This document shows positions 63,023 to 64,000 of a stretch of DNA of 64,000 nt, piece by piece (positions within the stretch are counted from its first letter, which is position 1; each line of letters opens with the position of its first letter). Both the position numbers and the translations under genes were made by a program. Under the pieces are notes generated by a model. The model was not told where the DNA came from. It saw only the letters and a program-made list of their open reading frames with translations, and searched no databases. The DNA comes from an uncultured delta proteobacterium (GTDB taxonomy: Bacteria; Myxococcota_A; Polyangia; Polyangiales; Polyangiaceae): positions 5,216,001 through 5,280,000 of the forward strand of contig CAWAIF010000003.1 in NCBI GenBank assembly GCA_963782055.1. Direction: 5' to 3'.

Positions 63023-64000
63023 ATGAGACGGCGTCACTGGGCCGGCGTCGTCGTCGCGGCCGCGCTCGCGGCCGGCGCGGTCGCGGTGGTGCGGCTGGTG
63101 CACCGCCCGCGGCACCGCGAGCCGCGGCCCTCGGTCGGGGCCGAGATCACCTTCGCCGGCGCGTCGGCGACCGACGTGGAGACAGCGATCGCCGAGCCGA
63201 TGGAGCGCGCCGCGCGAGGCGTCCCGCACGTCGCTCACGTCGAGGTTCGCTCCACCGTGGGCCGCGCCACCCTCTCGCTCACCCTCGAGCCCGGCGCGAG
63301 CGCGGAGCAGGCGTTCGGCGATCTCGTGTCCGCGCTCGCCCACGCGTCGACCAGCTTCCCTGACGCCGCCGGCTTCCCGACGGTCGCGCGGAGCCTGGCA
63401 CCCGACGGCCCGCGCTTCGTCGTCACCTCCGACACGCTCGGCCCGACCGACCTGCGCGCCCTGCTCGACGATCACCTCGCGCCCGCCCTGCAGACGGTCC
63501 CGGGCGTGGCCGGGGTCACGACGTGCGGCGGCATGGTGGACACGATCCACGTGGACCTCGACGCCGTCCGGCTTCGCGCACTCGGTCTGGGCGTGGTGCA
63601 GGCCGCGCGCGATCTGGAGATGGCTCTGGGGACGTCCTCGGTGTCCACCGCCGCCGACCTGGCGACGCTCGTCCTCGAGGACGGGAGCCACCGCGTCCTC
63701 CTGCGCGACGTCGCGGTCGTACGGGAGGGCGGCGAGCCCGCGGCGTGCCAGGCGTTCGGCAAGGGCGGTCCGCTCGTGGTGGGCCGGGTGTCGTGGCAGG
63801 CGGACGCGCTCGCGCCGCCGGCGAAGCGCGTCACCGAGGCGCTCGCGAAGCAAGGCGGGGCCCTGCCCGCCGGCGCCCACGTCGCGCCCTTCGACTTCCC
63901 GCCGGCCGCCCGCGTCCGCGCGTACGTGCAGCTCGCGGTCGCTCCCACCGAGGAGCGCCTGGCGCGGATCGCTTCGCAGCTGGTCGCGCGGATCGGCAAG
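63023..64000 (+). CDS. RND (AcrB-like) permease-related protein, runs off the window
   Basis: Manual translation: TM segment then FAGASATDVETAIAEPMERA. Confidence 0.6.
   Translation, partial: MRRRHWAGVVVAAALAAGAVAVVRLVHRPRHREPRPSVGAEITFAGASATDVETAIAEPMERAARGVPHVAHVEVRSTVGRATLSLTLEPGASAEQAFGDLVSALAHASTSFPDAAGFPTVARSLAPDGPRFVVTSDTLGPTDLRALLDDHLAPALQTVPGVAGVTTCGGMVDTIHVDLDAVRLRALGLGVVQAARDLEMALGTSSVSTAADLATLVLEDGSHRVLLRDVAVVREGGEPAACQAFGKGGPLVVGRVSWQADALAPPAKRVTEALAKQGGALPAGAHVAPFDFPPAARVRAYVQLAVAPTEERLARIASQLVARIGK

Overview
High-GC DNA with a myxobacterial (Polyangiaceae-like) gene style. Positions ~1-51,000 hold what looks like an undescribed gene-capture array. An ISCR/IS91-type single-Tyr HUH transposase gene (49299-51020, -) sits at the right end. 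The 100 bp lying just downstream of that gene (49163-49262) recur as a direct repeat 8 times (R1-R8). Each repeat reads oriIS-like hairpin + 28-bp Xer/dif-like site + second hairpin. The repeats separate seven cargo segments of 1.2-11.9 kb that are often cut in mid-gene: a Ser/Thr kinase cluster, a Sel1/lipoprotein cluster captured twice with different endpoints, a Panacea TA + Dam-like MTase + type I R-M island, and RHS/TcdB toxin-immunity loci. A second element (tyrosine recombinase + IS91 Y2 transposase, 3 copies) has inserted at the same nucleotide of the dif-like site. Its joined ends could fold into a CTX-phage-like ssDNA attP hairpin. The window also has an IS4-like element with a 10-bp TSD, one complete group II intron and the 5' end of a second. 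From ~51,250 onward the genes look like ordinary chromosomal content. Family assignments come from motifs read by eye; no database search was run.
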